Origin: Laetmonice hystrix | Taxonomy: Eukaryota | Assembly (NCBI GenBank): GCA_965235115.1 | Contig: OZ249436.1 | Location: forward strand, 26,662,001-26,726,000 | Reading direction: 5' to 3' | Length of the DNA stretch: 64,000 bases | Part shown: piece after piece, positions 1 to 11,709 of the stretch | How the letters are laid out: each line of letters opens with the position of its first letter | How positions within the stretch are numbered: the stretch's first letter is position 1 | Notes under the pieces: generated by a model | Told to the model about the DNA's origin: nothing | Databases searched by the model: none | The model's input: the letters and a program-made list of their open reading frames with translations, nothing else | Position numbers and translations under genes: made by a program

Positions 1-390
1 CAGCTTGTTGACGGTCACTGGTATAAGTAAGTGTGTGTTGGAGTGATCCTGGTTAATGATTAGCGGTAAGGGCAGTCAGTGGGGGTACCGCCAGCTTGTT
101 GAAAGTATAAGTAATTGTGTGTTGGAGTAATCCTGGTTATAGCGACTAGCGGTAAGGGCGATCTGTGTGTGTGTGTGGACGGGGGGGGGGGGGGGTATAC
201 CGTCAGCTTGTTAAAGGTCACTGGTATAAGTGTGTGTTGGAGTGATCCTGGTTAGTGGCTAGCGGTAAGGGCATTCAGTGGGGGATGGGGGTGGGGGTGG
301 GGGGTGGGGGGTGGGTACACTGGTAAGCAAGTGTGTGTTGGGGTGATCCCCTACATTTAGCGGTTAGCGGTTAGGACAGTCAGCCCGGGT
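1..390. repeat. ~100-bp tandem repeat, ~4 diverged units
   Basis: Recurring gtataag(taa)gtgtgtgttggagtgatcctggtta...tagcggtaagggc units with variable G tracts. Confidence 0.8.
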
Positions 391-584
391 GTGTGTATAC
401 ATGTGCACGTCCGAATATAAGTTCAAACTATCTATTTGTAATATATATCATATTCCTGCCTGCTTAGCTAATAAATCCTATCAAAAAATTCAAAGCATGT
501 ACGAGTCCGTGGCGTCAGTTCCTTTTAAAAGTGGGGGGGGGGGGGCAACTCCGAATATTGCCTTTTCCCATTTATAGCGATGTT

Positions 585-1075
585 TAGGCAGAATCTTCCA
601 GTATATTAACCACTAAAAAGTCAGACTCTTGACATTCTTGACCGACAAATAGTCAGACTTTTTATATTCTTAACTGGTAAAAAGTCAGAGATATTTACAC
701 AAAAAGTCAGACTTTTTATATTCTTAACTGGTAAAAAGTCAGAGATATTTACAGTGATTACTAAAAAGTCAGGTTTTTAATTCGCGACCACTAAAAAGTC
801 AGAATCTTCCAGTTTATTAACCGCTAAAAAGTCAGACTCTTGACATTCTTGACCGACAAAAAGTCAGACTTTTTATATTCTTAACTGGTAAAAAGTCCGA
901 TATTTACAGTGATTACTAAAAAGTCAGGTTTTTAAGTCGCGACCACTAAAAAGTCAGAATCTTCCAGTTTATTAACCGCTAAAAAGTCAGACTCTTGACA
1001 TTCTTGACCGATAAAAAGTAAACGAGAAATGTTTTCAATCACTAAAAAGTCAGACTTGCAGATTTTTTACCACTC
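585..1075. repeat. ~30-bp minisatellite (aaaaagtcaga core) with ~155-bp higher-order period, probably inside a small MITE (~508-1210)
   Basis: Many aaaaagtcag cores; the block at 786 recurs at 941; the ends ggcgtcag...ctgacgcgcc are roughly inverted. Confidence 0.75.
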
Positions 1076-1268
1076 GCATTATTATAACATCAAGTACAAT
1101 ATTTAGGAGTTAGCCGCCTTTGACTTTTTTTTTTGGTGTAGGAAAAAGTGTGTGTGTGTGGGGGGGGGGGGCAACTCCCCCCCCCCTGCCCCCCTACTCT
1201 GACGCGCCTGCGAGTTTTAATATCATTATGAAGGAAGATTATGTTTCAGGCACCGGTATCTAGGCCTA

Positions 1269-2534
1269 TATCGGGTGGGCCAAAAAAATTTGAACACTCT
1301 TTTCTTGACTGTAACGTCTAAAATTTTTACCCCAATGTCAAAATATTTGGAATATGATATCATTTGGTTATTTGGGGTCTGTGGTACAAATGTCAGATAA
1401 ATAGGTCAAAACGTCTACAAAAAATTCGTGTCAAAAATTGCAATGCCGGACCAGGGTCATTAGCGTGAAGCCGCACGTCTTTTAATCGGGAAACTGCCTT
1501 GAAAACTGAGTCCCGTCGCGTTGAATGACCCAGTTTTCTTGCTGAGTGTCCCGATTAAAGCCGCTTTCACATGCACACGGTTTGCGGCGTGCGGCATGCG
1601 GCGTGCGTTTTTGCAGAAATGGAACAACTGAAAATAGATATAACCGTTCACATGCCCCCGGTTTGCGGTGTGCGGCGATTTACATTGGCTACATTATTAA
1701 CAAAAACGCACACCGCATGCCGCACGCCGCAAACCGTGTGCATGTGAAAGCGGCTTTAGGCAAGGTTGTTGCCACTGTGTCTGAATGACGTGACGTCAAA
1801 TGTATGAAGTTCCCCCTGCCAAAAACTGGTGGCCAGTCCCGACTTAAACCCCATGGATTAGGCCTACTGTAACACCATATGGGATTTCCTAGCTGTCTGA
1901 AAAAGTCTATAAAGGTCGCAAACAAAAATTTGCCGCGAACGAACTGAAGGAGAAAATTCGGGAAAGGTGGGAGGGAATTACTCTAGAAGAAGTCAGGAAG
2001 TCAGCCGGGATATTCAAAATAGACTAAGGTCTGTGTTTGAACAGTGAACAGGATGGGGGGCACATCGATCACCTTTTCATTTCAAATAAAATAGGTGGGT
2101 GACACTAGTCTTACATGGTTCTCCAGCATTGCATATTTTCGACATGTGATGTTTGATTTTTTTCCACATAAAGAGTTTTTGGCCTATCTGCCTAATTTTT
2201 TTTACCACAAAATGATATTAACCATATAACATGATGCCCTAAATATCATTAACAAACTATGCAAATTGTAGAAGCTATACTCAGGTAAAGAGTGTTCCAG
2301 ACACAGCGGGACCAACTCTGCTGAGGACGCCTGGTCCGGCATTGCAATTTTTGACATGCAGTTTTAAAAATGGTCCTATTTTTTTAGGTATTTTGACCTA
2401 TTTATCTGAAATTTGAACCACGTACCCCAATTAACCAGATGATATCACTTTCCAAATATTATGACATTGGGATAACAATTATAGAAGATACAGTCAAGAA
2501 AAGAGTGTTCCAAAATTTTTAGGCCTACCCGATA
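1269..2534. mobile_element. Non-autonomous Tc1/mariner-like element with ~190-bp TIRs
   Basis: 1269-1460 is the imperfect reverse complement of ~2330-2534 (tatcgggtgggcc...attgcaatgccggaccagg / cctggtccggcattgcaat...ggcctacccgata); TA on both flanks. Confidence 0.8.
1556..1758. mobile_element. MITE with ~55-bp TIRs (PIF/Harbinger-like) nested in the Tc1-like element
   Basis: taaagccgctttcacatgcacacggtttgcggcgtgcggcatgcgg ... ccgcatgccgcacgccgcaaaccgtgtgcatgtgaaagcggcttta; TAA/TTA ends. Confidence 0.8.
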
Positions 2535-4026
2535 TATCACAAATTATACAGACGTAATGTACATGACAGTCGTAGAGGATGAACAGTCGTACGTAAAGTA
2601 TTACCATAGTTGCACTGGGTGCTGTAAAATTGCTGCGCAGATTTAATATTATTGTTAGATAAACATTATGTAATACGCTGATGGCACTACAGCTGTAGTG
2701 TCGGCCTAATCCTGCATTATATTGACATTAATGTTTACTCTCGAGGTGTTATGACACAGAGGTCAGGAATGGCGGCCACTCCTATATCAGTGGTAGGCAG
2801 ACTCGGCTGGTTATCGAGTGTTCCTGATGTCTTGGCCATGACGGATACTCCATACCGGAAACACACTTGGGGGTGCAGTCCGAGGCTGGAAAATATCAAA
2901 AAGGAAATATCTGAAGCACAACCATACATTATAAGTTTCAGGTCATGTTATCCGGCATATCGTTTGGGTTGGACAGAACCAGTTTGTGATGCACCTATCC
3001 TGCTTTAAACGCGGAATTGAAAAATATGTCTCCGTTGGCTTGCACGCCGATCCCAAACCCAGAGGTCGCTTTTGCTGGAACCAACCTCTTCTGGTTGTGT
3101 ATTGTGGGACAGGCCGGGACTAGTCTCAGAGTCAAATGGACACCTGCGAGTAGTTAACTATTACTCACAAAATAATTATAATCAAACATTGCTTACGTTA
3201 TCAGAGGTTGTTTATCACTTCATTTCATTGTTCTTAAAGATTTAAATGTATCTAATTTGAGTTGAAACAGTTCAAATGCAAACTACTTTGCTGGACTATT
3301 TTGTACCGCTTCACTGCATTTCTATCTCTTCGGTATGCCGCTTCGCCGGCGGATGATCTGATGATGCAGATACGATGGCACCAGTGCACTGTTGGAAGTC
3401 GATTTGACTTCTCACAATCCACCAGCAGGGTCGTAGTCTCCAGAGTACGAGCATGCGCAGTTTGTCGGGGTCCTAACATAACTTCATTTTAAAAATACTT
3501 TCGCTTATCGTTCGACCCTGAAATTCTCACATGGTGTCCCTGGGCCCTGTTTCATAAAAAAATCTTACATTTTAGATTTAATCATATTGTCGATATACGA
3601 TAGATTCTGTTTCATAAAAGATCGTTCTTGTCGAAGAACGATAAATTTGTCACGACCAAATGAAAAATCGCTCAAGTGTTTCATAAAATCGTTCTTGGCT
3701 TTTTTTCAATCGTTATTTCCTCGAAAATAGTCGTTGGCCACGACCACCCCGAGGGTTGTCGTAGGATAATATAAAAACACGAAATGAGTGAATTTTGGCG
3801 AAATTTGACTACAACCGTCATTTATGGAGAGGAGAAGGAGGCGTCGGTGGTTCTTCGCGCGAATAAACCCAATTATTACTAGGTTTTACGGTGACTTATT
3901 CGTGAAACATATCGTTATTTCCTCGGAAAAAAATCGTTGGCCACGACCACACCGAGGGTTGTCGTAGAATAATATAAAGGCGCGAAATAAATGAATTTTT
4001 GCGGAATTTTACTTCAACCGTGAATT

Positions 4027-4513
4027 ATAGAGGGGAGAAGGAGATGGTTCTTCGCGCGAATAGACCCAATTAATAGGTTTGACGGCGACTTATTCGGGAA
4101 ACGGTATCGGCTGGACAAGGAGTCAGTGATCGCCCTTTCAAGAACATATGAAGACTCGCCGTTTTGCTCAACGTCCGGCGACCCAAGTAGTATCATGAAT
4201 ATAGTCAAAGCTTGAATTTGTGTAAAGAACCTAACATTTATTCAAAATTTCCCAAATGTATTACTTAGAAACAAGTAAGGTATACTTCTTTAATAGGGTA
4301 ATTCTTCTTAAAGTAATTAAGATGCCTATATCAGCTGTGTAGGCCTAAAACTAACTCACCAAAAAATATGTTAATAACCCCTTCCTTATTTTGCAGATGT
4401 GTTTGGCCCTGTGCTTCTACGCGACAGGGCCCAACTACAGAGTTCTGAGCGACCTCTAGGACTTTAGCAAGCCCACCGTTAGCCGGGCCGTAGGGGAGGT
4501 GACGGATATTGAG
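4027..4513 (+). pseudogene. Harbinger (HARBI1-like) transposase N-terminal remnant, two exon pieces
   Basis: 4027-4185 reads RRWFFARIDPINRFDGDLFGKRYRLDKESV. After the acceptor ttattttgcag, 4397-4513 reads MCLALCFYATGPNYRVLSDL*DFSKPTVSRAVGEVT, matching the HARBI1-type ALRFYATG...GxSxxTVSRxV HTH motif. Internal stop; DDE domain absent. Confidence 0.8.
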
Positions 4514-4833
4514 GGAGTCCATACTGTGCCTCTCTCATCTTGTGCTTTATCTTGGGAGATGATGACTTTTTCTTCTCTTTGTGTTCTTTGTGTTCTTTAC
4601 TGGGAACATCCGGGACATGGGGTTTCTTGTGGAGGGCAAAACATAAGACATCTATTCCTACAATGTAGGCCTACATGATTTTATCCTTTATTTACCGGAT
4701 AACAAGCACTAAGTCTTAGTACTAGCCCTAACTAGGTATCTACTATAGGTCTATACGGTGTAGTGTTTTCCATTCAGCAGAAATACTTGGTCGCCCAACT
4801 ACTTATGGTCTTTTACCATACCAGCCCATTATA

Positions 4834-6350
4834 AACAAGCTTGTGAAGCTTATAGCCCCCACCAAGAACTATGGATTCTTGAAGAAACGATGCACGACTT
4901 CAATTGATCTTTAAAGGGCAAAGAAAATATTGCCAAAGGAAACTTCGTATGTACTTCGTCCGCATCTTATAGTAACTATGCATTTATGTACAATTTGATA
5001 GTGTTATCCGACGTGAAGTGTTTTGTCTAGATACAGGCAATTGCAAATATGCTTGACCTTGATTGACCTTTAGAGGTTAGTTAAATTCATGGAAATTCAT
5101 GATTTTCTCTCTCAATTTTTACTAATATTAGTAAATTTCACCAGATCCCGTCAGAGTCACAGCCCACCAACTGAGTAGGGACTAATTATCTGTGGGTCCA
5201 TGAACTCTGTGTACTTTTGGCACGCTTAATTGTTGCCCCTCATGCCTTCTGTCACCAAGAAAGAAGGACAGAAAATGTCAGAGTTATTGTTTCGATTTTT
5301 TTCATATCCAAGATGGCCACCAAGCAGCCATTTTTAATGATATGTTGGTATGTAATGTTGCATGCAAGATTAGATCTTGTTATCTTCAACTGATTTGGAG
5401 GTACAGGCCATTAAAATCTGCATGACCTTGATTGACCTTTCAAGGTCGCTCAAGGTCATGGGAAATGGTGCCAAATGAAACTTCATATAGGACTTCCTAT
5501 CTGTCAATAATAGTAACTATTGCCTTATCTTGCACCGTTGTCGAGATACGAGCCAAAACAGTGTTATGGGGGTGTAAAAATATTACTGTGACCGCCATGT
5601 CGCCATATTTGCTCTGATCTGAGAATACATTGGCATATTCATTGCCCCTCATATGCACCTTCTTTCTACCAAATTTGAAAGAAATCGGGATCGTTTTGTC
5701 TGAGTTATTGCTCCAAATGTGATTATATCCAAGATGGCCACCACGCGGCCATTTTGACTGATGTCAAAAATATCTTTGACCTGCCTCTACCTTGGACTGT
5801 ACCTGATCATTAGGTAATGTTTCATGCAAGATTATGTTGTTATCGTCAACTGTTTTAAAGATCCAGGCTATTGAAAATCTGCATGACCTTGATTGACCTT
5901 TCAAGGTCGCTCAAGGTCATGGAAAATGGCGCCAAATGAAACTTCATATATGACTTCCTATCTATCAATAATAGTAACTATTGCGTCATCTTGCACCGTT
6001 TTCGAGATATAAGCCAAAACAGTGTCATTGTGGGTCAAGAAACAAATATGGCCGCCATGTCGCCATTTTGAATCTGAATTGAAATTGTATTGCGATGCGT
6101 ATTGGCCATCATTATGCCTCCTCCCTGGACCAGGTTTGACAGAAACCGTGACTGTTTTGGCTGAGATATTGATGAAAATGTGTTTACATCCAAGATGGCC
6201 GCCAAACGGCCATTTTGAATTATATCGAAAATCTCTTTGACGTGCATCATAGTCAGATCATCCCTGATCATTGTGTGAAGTTTCAAAGAAATCGACCCAT
6301 ACACTTCTGAGAAATCGCTGTCTACGGACATACGAACGTGCGTACATACG
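4834..6350 (-). mobile_element. HINE/Helentron-like non-autonomous insert with internal ~460-bp tandem units
   Basis: Starts aacaag plus hairpin aagcttgtgaagctt at an AA site and is absent from the homologous position at ~8030. tgaccttgattgacctttcaaggtcgctcaaggtcat recurs at 5424 and 5885. Ends in an acggacatacg-type microsatellite. Confidence 0.55.
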
Positions 6351-6394
6351 GCAGAACAAGCATGTGTCAAGGGGGTATTCCCGGAATTCCCCTC

Positions 6395-7027
6395 CTGACG
6401 TCACTATTCAGTTCATTCAACTGGTTCCCGGTTGTCTTACCCAGGGTCGACGAGGAACGATTTTCAAATATGTAACGATTTTGATTTTCTTCAACGATGC
6501 ACTTTATGAAACGGAACCGACGATATATCGTAACGATTATCGTTCCTGCTACGATTTTTTAAGAATTATCGTTCTTTTTTGGTCGTGGTTTATGAAACAG
6601 GGCCCTGACGTCACTATTTAGTTCATTCAACTGGTTCCCGGTTGTCTTACCCAGGGTCGACGAGGAACGATTTTCCAATATGTAACGATTTTGATTTTCT
6701 TCAACGATGCACTTTATGAAACGGAACCGACGATATATCGTAACGATTATCGTTCCTGCTACGATTTTTTAAGAATTATCGTTCTTTTTTGGTCGTGGTT
6801 TATGAAACAGGGCCCTGACGTCACTATTTAGTTCATTCAACTGGTTCCCGGTTGTCTTACCCAGGGTCGACGAGGAACGATTTTCCAATATGTAACGATT
6901 TTGATTTTCTTCAACGATGCACTTTATGAAACGGAACTGACGATATATCGTAACGATTATCGTTCCTGCTACGATTTTTTAAGAATTATCGTTCTTTTTT
7001 GGTCGTGGTTTATGAAACAGGGCCCTG
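6395..7027. repeat. Triplicated 210-bp right terminus of Harbinger copy 1
   Basis: Three near-identical units, each ending in the TIR plus CTG (6604, 6814, 7024). Confidence 0.92.
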
Positions 7028-8652
7028 GGCCCTGTTTCATACAATCATGGATCGCCACCGAAAAAAGGTAGATCTATACGTGTTACAGCTGCAGGGCCGT
7101 AGCCTCCGGGGAGGGGGGGGGGGGGCAGCTGCCCCCTGGGTTTTCCAGTTTGGGTGTGTGTGGATGGGTGTGTCTCTGTGTGTTTTAACCCACACCCCGG
7201 GCCCGTTCGACCGTGGCACGTGGCAGGCCAACTGCCCCTCCACGTATTTGGGCCAGGCTACGGCCCTGAGCTGTAATAGTATAACGTGTAATAAATACCC
7301 CAGAATGTAATTTTTAATATAGGCCTACCTTTGTATGTCATAGCGTAGGCCTAAATGTTTCCTTTTCTCAGTCTAAAACGTGGTTACGATTTTTGTTATA
7401 ATGGGCTGGTATAATACGGTAGGCCTAAAAACATTTATAGAAGTAGTTGGGCGACCAAGTATTTCTGCTTAATGGAAAACACTACCCAGCTGGGGCTAGT
7501 ACTAAGACTTAGTGCTTGTTATCCGGTGGGCTTGGAGGTCGCCCAGAACGCTGTAGTTGGGCCCTGTCGCGTAGTAGCACAGGGCCAAACACATCTGCAA
7601 AATGAGGAAGGGGTAATTAACCTATTTTTAGCGAGTTAGTTTTAGGCCTACACATTCTGCTGATATAGGCATCTTAATTACTTTAAGAGGAATTGCCCTA
7701 TTTAAGAAGTATACCATATGCCTACTTATTTCTAAGTAATACATTTTGAAAATTTTGAATACATGTTAGGTTCTTTACACAAATTCAAGCTTTGACTATA
7801 GATCTATGCATGATACTTAGGCCTACTCGTTCTTGGGCAGTTATCCACCCCCCGCCTCTTGGGTCTCTGGCGTTAGCAAGCCCCCCGGATAACAAGCACT
7901 AAGTCTTAGTACTAGCCCTAGCTAGGTATCTACTATAGGTCTATACGGTGTTTTCCATTAAGCAGAAATACTTGGTCGTCCAACAACTTCTATAAATGTT
8001 TTGTTAGGCCTACCATATTATAACAGCCCATTATAAAAAAAAACCGTAGGCCTAACCACGTTTTAGACTGAGAAAAGGAAACATTTAGGCCTACGCTATG
8101 ACATACAAAGGTAGGCCTATATTAATTACATTCTGGGGTATTCATTACACGTTATTCTATTACAGCTCAGGGCCGTAGCCTGGCCCAAATACGTGGAGGG
8201 GCAGTTGGCCTGCCACGTGCCACGGTCGAACGGGCCCGGGGTGTGGGTTAAAAAAACACACACACACACACAAAACTGGAAAACCCAGGGGGCAGCTGCC
8301 CCCCCCCCTCCCCGCAGGCTACGGCCCTGCAGCTGTAACACGTATAGATCTACCTTTTTTCAGTGGCGATCCATGATTGTGATGGTTTTGGAGTGTCGGC
8401 AGAACCAGCATGCGTAAAGGGGATTTCCCCGGAATTCCCCTCCTGACGTCACTATTCAGGTCATTCAACTGGTTCCCGGTGGTTTTACCCAGGGTCGACG
8501 AGGAACGATTTTCAAATATGTAACGATTTTGATTTTCTTCAACGATGCACTTTATGAAACGGAACCGACGATATATCGTAACGATTATCGTTCCTGCTAC
8601 GATTTTTTAAGAATTATCGTTCTTTTTTGGTCGTGGTTTATGAAACAGGGCC
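7028..8652. mobile_element. Harbinger copy 2, rearranged into a long inverted repeat
   Basis: Same TIRs; arms 7041-7526 and 7885-8380 are reverse complements; the spacer holds the inverted transposase exon-2/intron piece. Confidence 0.8.
7092..7269. mobile_element. Small hAT-like MITE (inverted twin at 8168-8329; relative at ~15012)
   Basis: TIR CAGGGCCGTAGCCT / AGGCTACGGCCCTG. Confidence 0.7.
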
Positions 8653-8655
8653 CGG

Positions 8656-11600
8656 GGCCCTGTTTCATAAAAAATCTTACATTTTAGATTTAATCATATT
8701 GTCGATATACGATAGATTCTGTTTCATAAAAGATCGTTCTTGTCGAAGGACGATAAATTTGTCACGACCAAATGAAAAATCGCTCAAGTGTTTCATAAAA
8801 TCGTTCTTGGCTTTTTTTCAATCGTTATTTCCTCGAAAATAGTCGTTGGCCACGACCACCCCGAGGGTTGTCGTAGGATAATATAAAAACACGAAATGAG
8901 TGAATTTTGGCGAAATTTTACTACAACCGTCATTTATGGAGAGGAGAAGGAGGCGTCGGTGGTTCTTCGCGTGAATAAACCCAATTAATACTAGGTTTTA
9001 CGGTGACTTATTCGTGAAACATATCGTTATTTCCTCGAAAGAAAATCGTTGGCCACGACCACACCGAGGGTTGTTGTAGAATAATATAAAGGCGCGAAAT
9101 AAGTGAATTTTTGCGGAATTTTACTTCAACCGTGAATTATGGAGGGGAGACGGAGATGGTTCTTCGCGCGAATAGACCCAATTAATAGGTTTGACGGCGA
9201 CTTATTCGGGAAACGGTATCGGCTGGACAAGGAGTCAGTGATCGCCCTTTCAAGAACATATGAAGACTCGCCGTTTTGCTAGTAGTATCATGAATATAGT
9301 CAAAGCTTGAATTTGTCAAAATTTCCCAAATGTATTACTTAGAAATAAGTAAGGTATACTTCTTTAATAGGGTAATTCCTCTTAAAGTAATTAAGAGGCC
9401 TATATCAGCTGTGTAGGCCTAAAACTAACTCACCAAAAAATATGTTAATAGCCCCTTCCTCATTTTGGAGATGTGTTTGGCCCTGTGCTACTACGCGACA
9501 GGGCCCAACTACAGAGTTCTGAGCGACCTCTAGGGCGTTAGCAAGCCCACCGTTAGCCGGGCCGTAGGGGAGGTGACGGATATTGAGGGAGTCCATACTG
9601 TGCCTCTCTCATCTTGTGCTTTATCTTGGGAGATGATGACTTTTTCTTCTCTTTGTGTTCTTTGTGTTCTTTACTGGGAACATCCGGGACATGGGGTTTC
9701 TTGTGGAGGGCAAAACATAAGACATGTATGCCTACAATGTAGGCCTACATGATTTTATCCTTTATTTACCGGATAACAAGCACTAAGTCTTAGTACTAGC
9801 CCTAGCTAGGTATCTACTAGATCTATACGGTGTAGTGTTTTCCATTCAGTAGAAATACTTGGTCGCCCAACTACTTATGTTTTTTTTACCATACCAGCCC
9901 ATTATAAACAAGCTTGTGAAGCTTATAGCCCCCACCAAGAACTATGTATTCTTGAAGAAACGATGCACGACTTCAATTGATCTTTAAAGGGCAAAGAAAA
10001 TATTGCCAAAGGAAACTTCGTATGTACTTCGTCCGCATCTTATAGTAACTATGCAGTTATGTACAATTTGATAGTGTTATCCGACGTGAAGTGTTTTGTC
10101 TAGATACAGGCAATTGCAAATATGCTTGACCTTGATTGACCTTTAGAGGTTAGTTAAATTCATGGAAATTCATGATTTTCTCTCTCAATTTTTACTAAAA
10201 TTAGTAAATTTCACCAGACCCCGTCAGAGTCACAGCCCACTAACTGAGTAGGGACTAATTATCTGTGGGTCCAGGAACTATGTGTACTTTTGGCACGTTT
10301 GTTGCCCCTCATGCCTTCTGTCACCAAGAAAGAAGGACAGAAAATGTCAGAGTTATTGTTTCGAATTTCTTCATATCCAAGATGGCCAGCAAGCAGCCAT
10401 TTTTAAGGATATGTTTGACCTGTGTCCTCCTTAGACTGTCCCTGGTTATTATGTAATGTTGCATGCAAGATTAGATCTTGTTATCTTCAACAGATTTGGA
10501 GGTACAGGCCATTAAAATCTGCATGACCTTGATTGACCTTTCAAGGTCGCTCAAGGTCATGGGAAATGGCGCCAAATGAAACTTCATATATGACTTCCTA
10601 TCTGTCAATACTAGTAACTATTGCCTTATCTTGCACCGTTGTCGAGATACGAGCCAAAACAGTGTTATGGGGGAGTAAAAAATATTACTGTGACCGCCAC
10701 GTCGTCATATTTGCTCTGATCTGAGAATACATTGGCATATTCATTGCCCCTCATATGCAACTTCTTTCTACCAAATTTGAAAGAAATCGGGATCGTTTTG
10801 TCTGAGTTATTGCTCCAAATGTGATTATATCCAAGATGGCCACCACGCGGCCATTTTGACTGATGTCAAAAATATCTTTGACCTGCCTCTACCTTGGACT
10901 GTACCTGATCATTATGTAATGTTTCATGCAAGATTATGTTGTTATCGTCAACTGTTTTAAAGATCCAGGCTATTGAAAATATACATGACCTTGATTGACC
11001 TTTCAAGGTCGCTCAAGGTCATGGAAAATGGCGCCAAATGAAACTTCATATATGACTTCCTATCTATCAGTAATAGTAACTATTGCGTCATCTTGCACCG
11101 TTTTCGAGATATAAGCCAAAACAGTGTCATTGTGGGGGGTCAAGAAACACATATGGCCGCCATGTCGCCATTTTGAATCTGAATTGAAATTGTATTGCGA
11201 TGCATATTGGCCATCATTATGCCTCCTCCCTGGACCAGGTTCGAAAGAAATCGTGACTGTTTTGGCTGAGATATTGATGAAAATGTGTTTACATCCAAGA
11301 TGGCCGCCAAACGGCCATTTTGAATGATATCAAAAATCTGTTTGACGTGCATCATACTCAAATCATCCCTGATCATTGTGTGAAGTTTCAAAGAAATCGA
11401 ATTATACACTTCTGAGAAATCGCTGTCTACGGACATACGAACGTATGTACATACGGCAGAACAAGCATGTGTCAAGGGGGTATTCCCGGAATTCCCCTCC
11501 TGACGTCACTATTCAGTTCATTCAACTGGTTCCCGGTTGTCTTACCCAGGGTCGACGAGGAACGATTTTCAAATATGTAACGATTTTGATTTTCTTCAAC

Positions 11601-11709
11601 GATGCACTTTATGAAACGGAACCGACGATATATCGTAACGATTATCGTTCCTGCTACGATTTTTTAAGAATTATCGTTCTTTTTTGGTCGTGGTTTATGA
11701 AACAGGGCC
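8656..11709 (+). mobile_element. PIF/Harbinger copy 3, near-duplicate of copy 1
   Basis: Same TIRs; CGG on both flanks (8653-8655, 11710-11712); colinear with 3543-6604 including the HINE-like insert (9907-11454). Confidence 0.88.
9139..9587 (+). pseudogene. Harbinger transposase remnant, copy 3
   Basis: MEGRRRWFFARIDPINRFDGDLFGKRYRLDKESV..., then 9471-9587 MCLALCYYATGPNYRVLSDL*GVSKPTVSRAVGEVT. Confidence 0.8.

Larger units (their letters stand above)
3543..7024 (+). mobile_element. PIF/Harbinger DNA transposon, defective copy 1
   Basis: 16-bp TIR GGCCCTGTTTCATAAA / TTTATGAAACAGGGCC; CTG on both flanks (3540-3542, 7025-7027); transposase remnants inside. Confidence 0.88.

Noticed and set aside
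2735..3492. Possible terminal exons on the minus strand
   Set aside because: Coding-like composition, but no consistent frame or recognisable product.
5432..6621. ORFs within the nested insert (and copies at 10265-11726)
   Set aside because: Non-coding repeat sequence, mostly non-ATG starts, no protein motifs.
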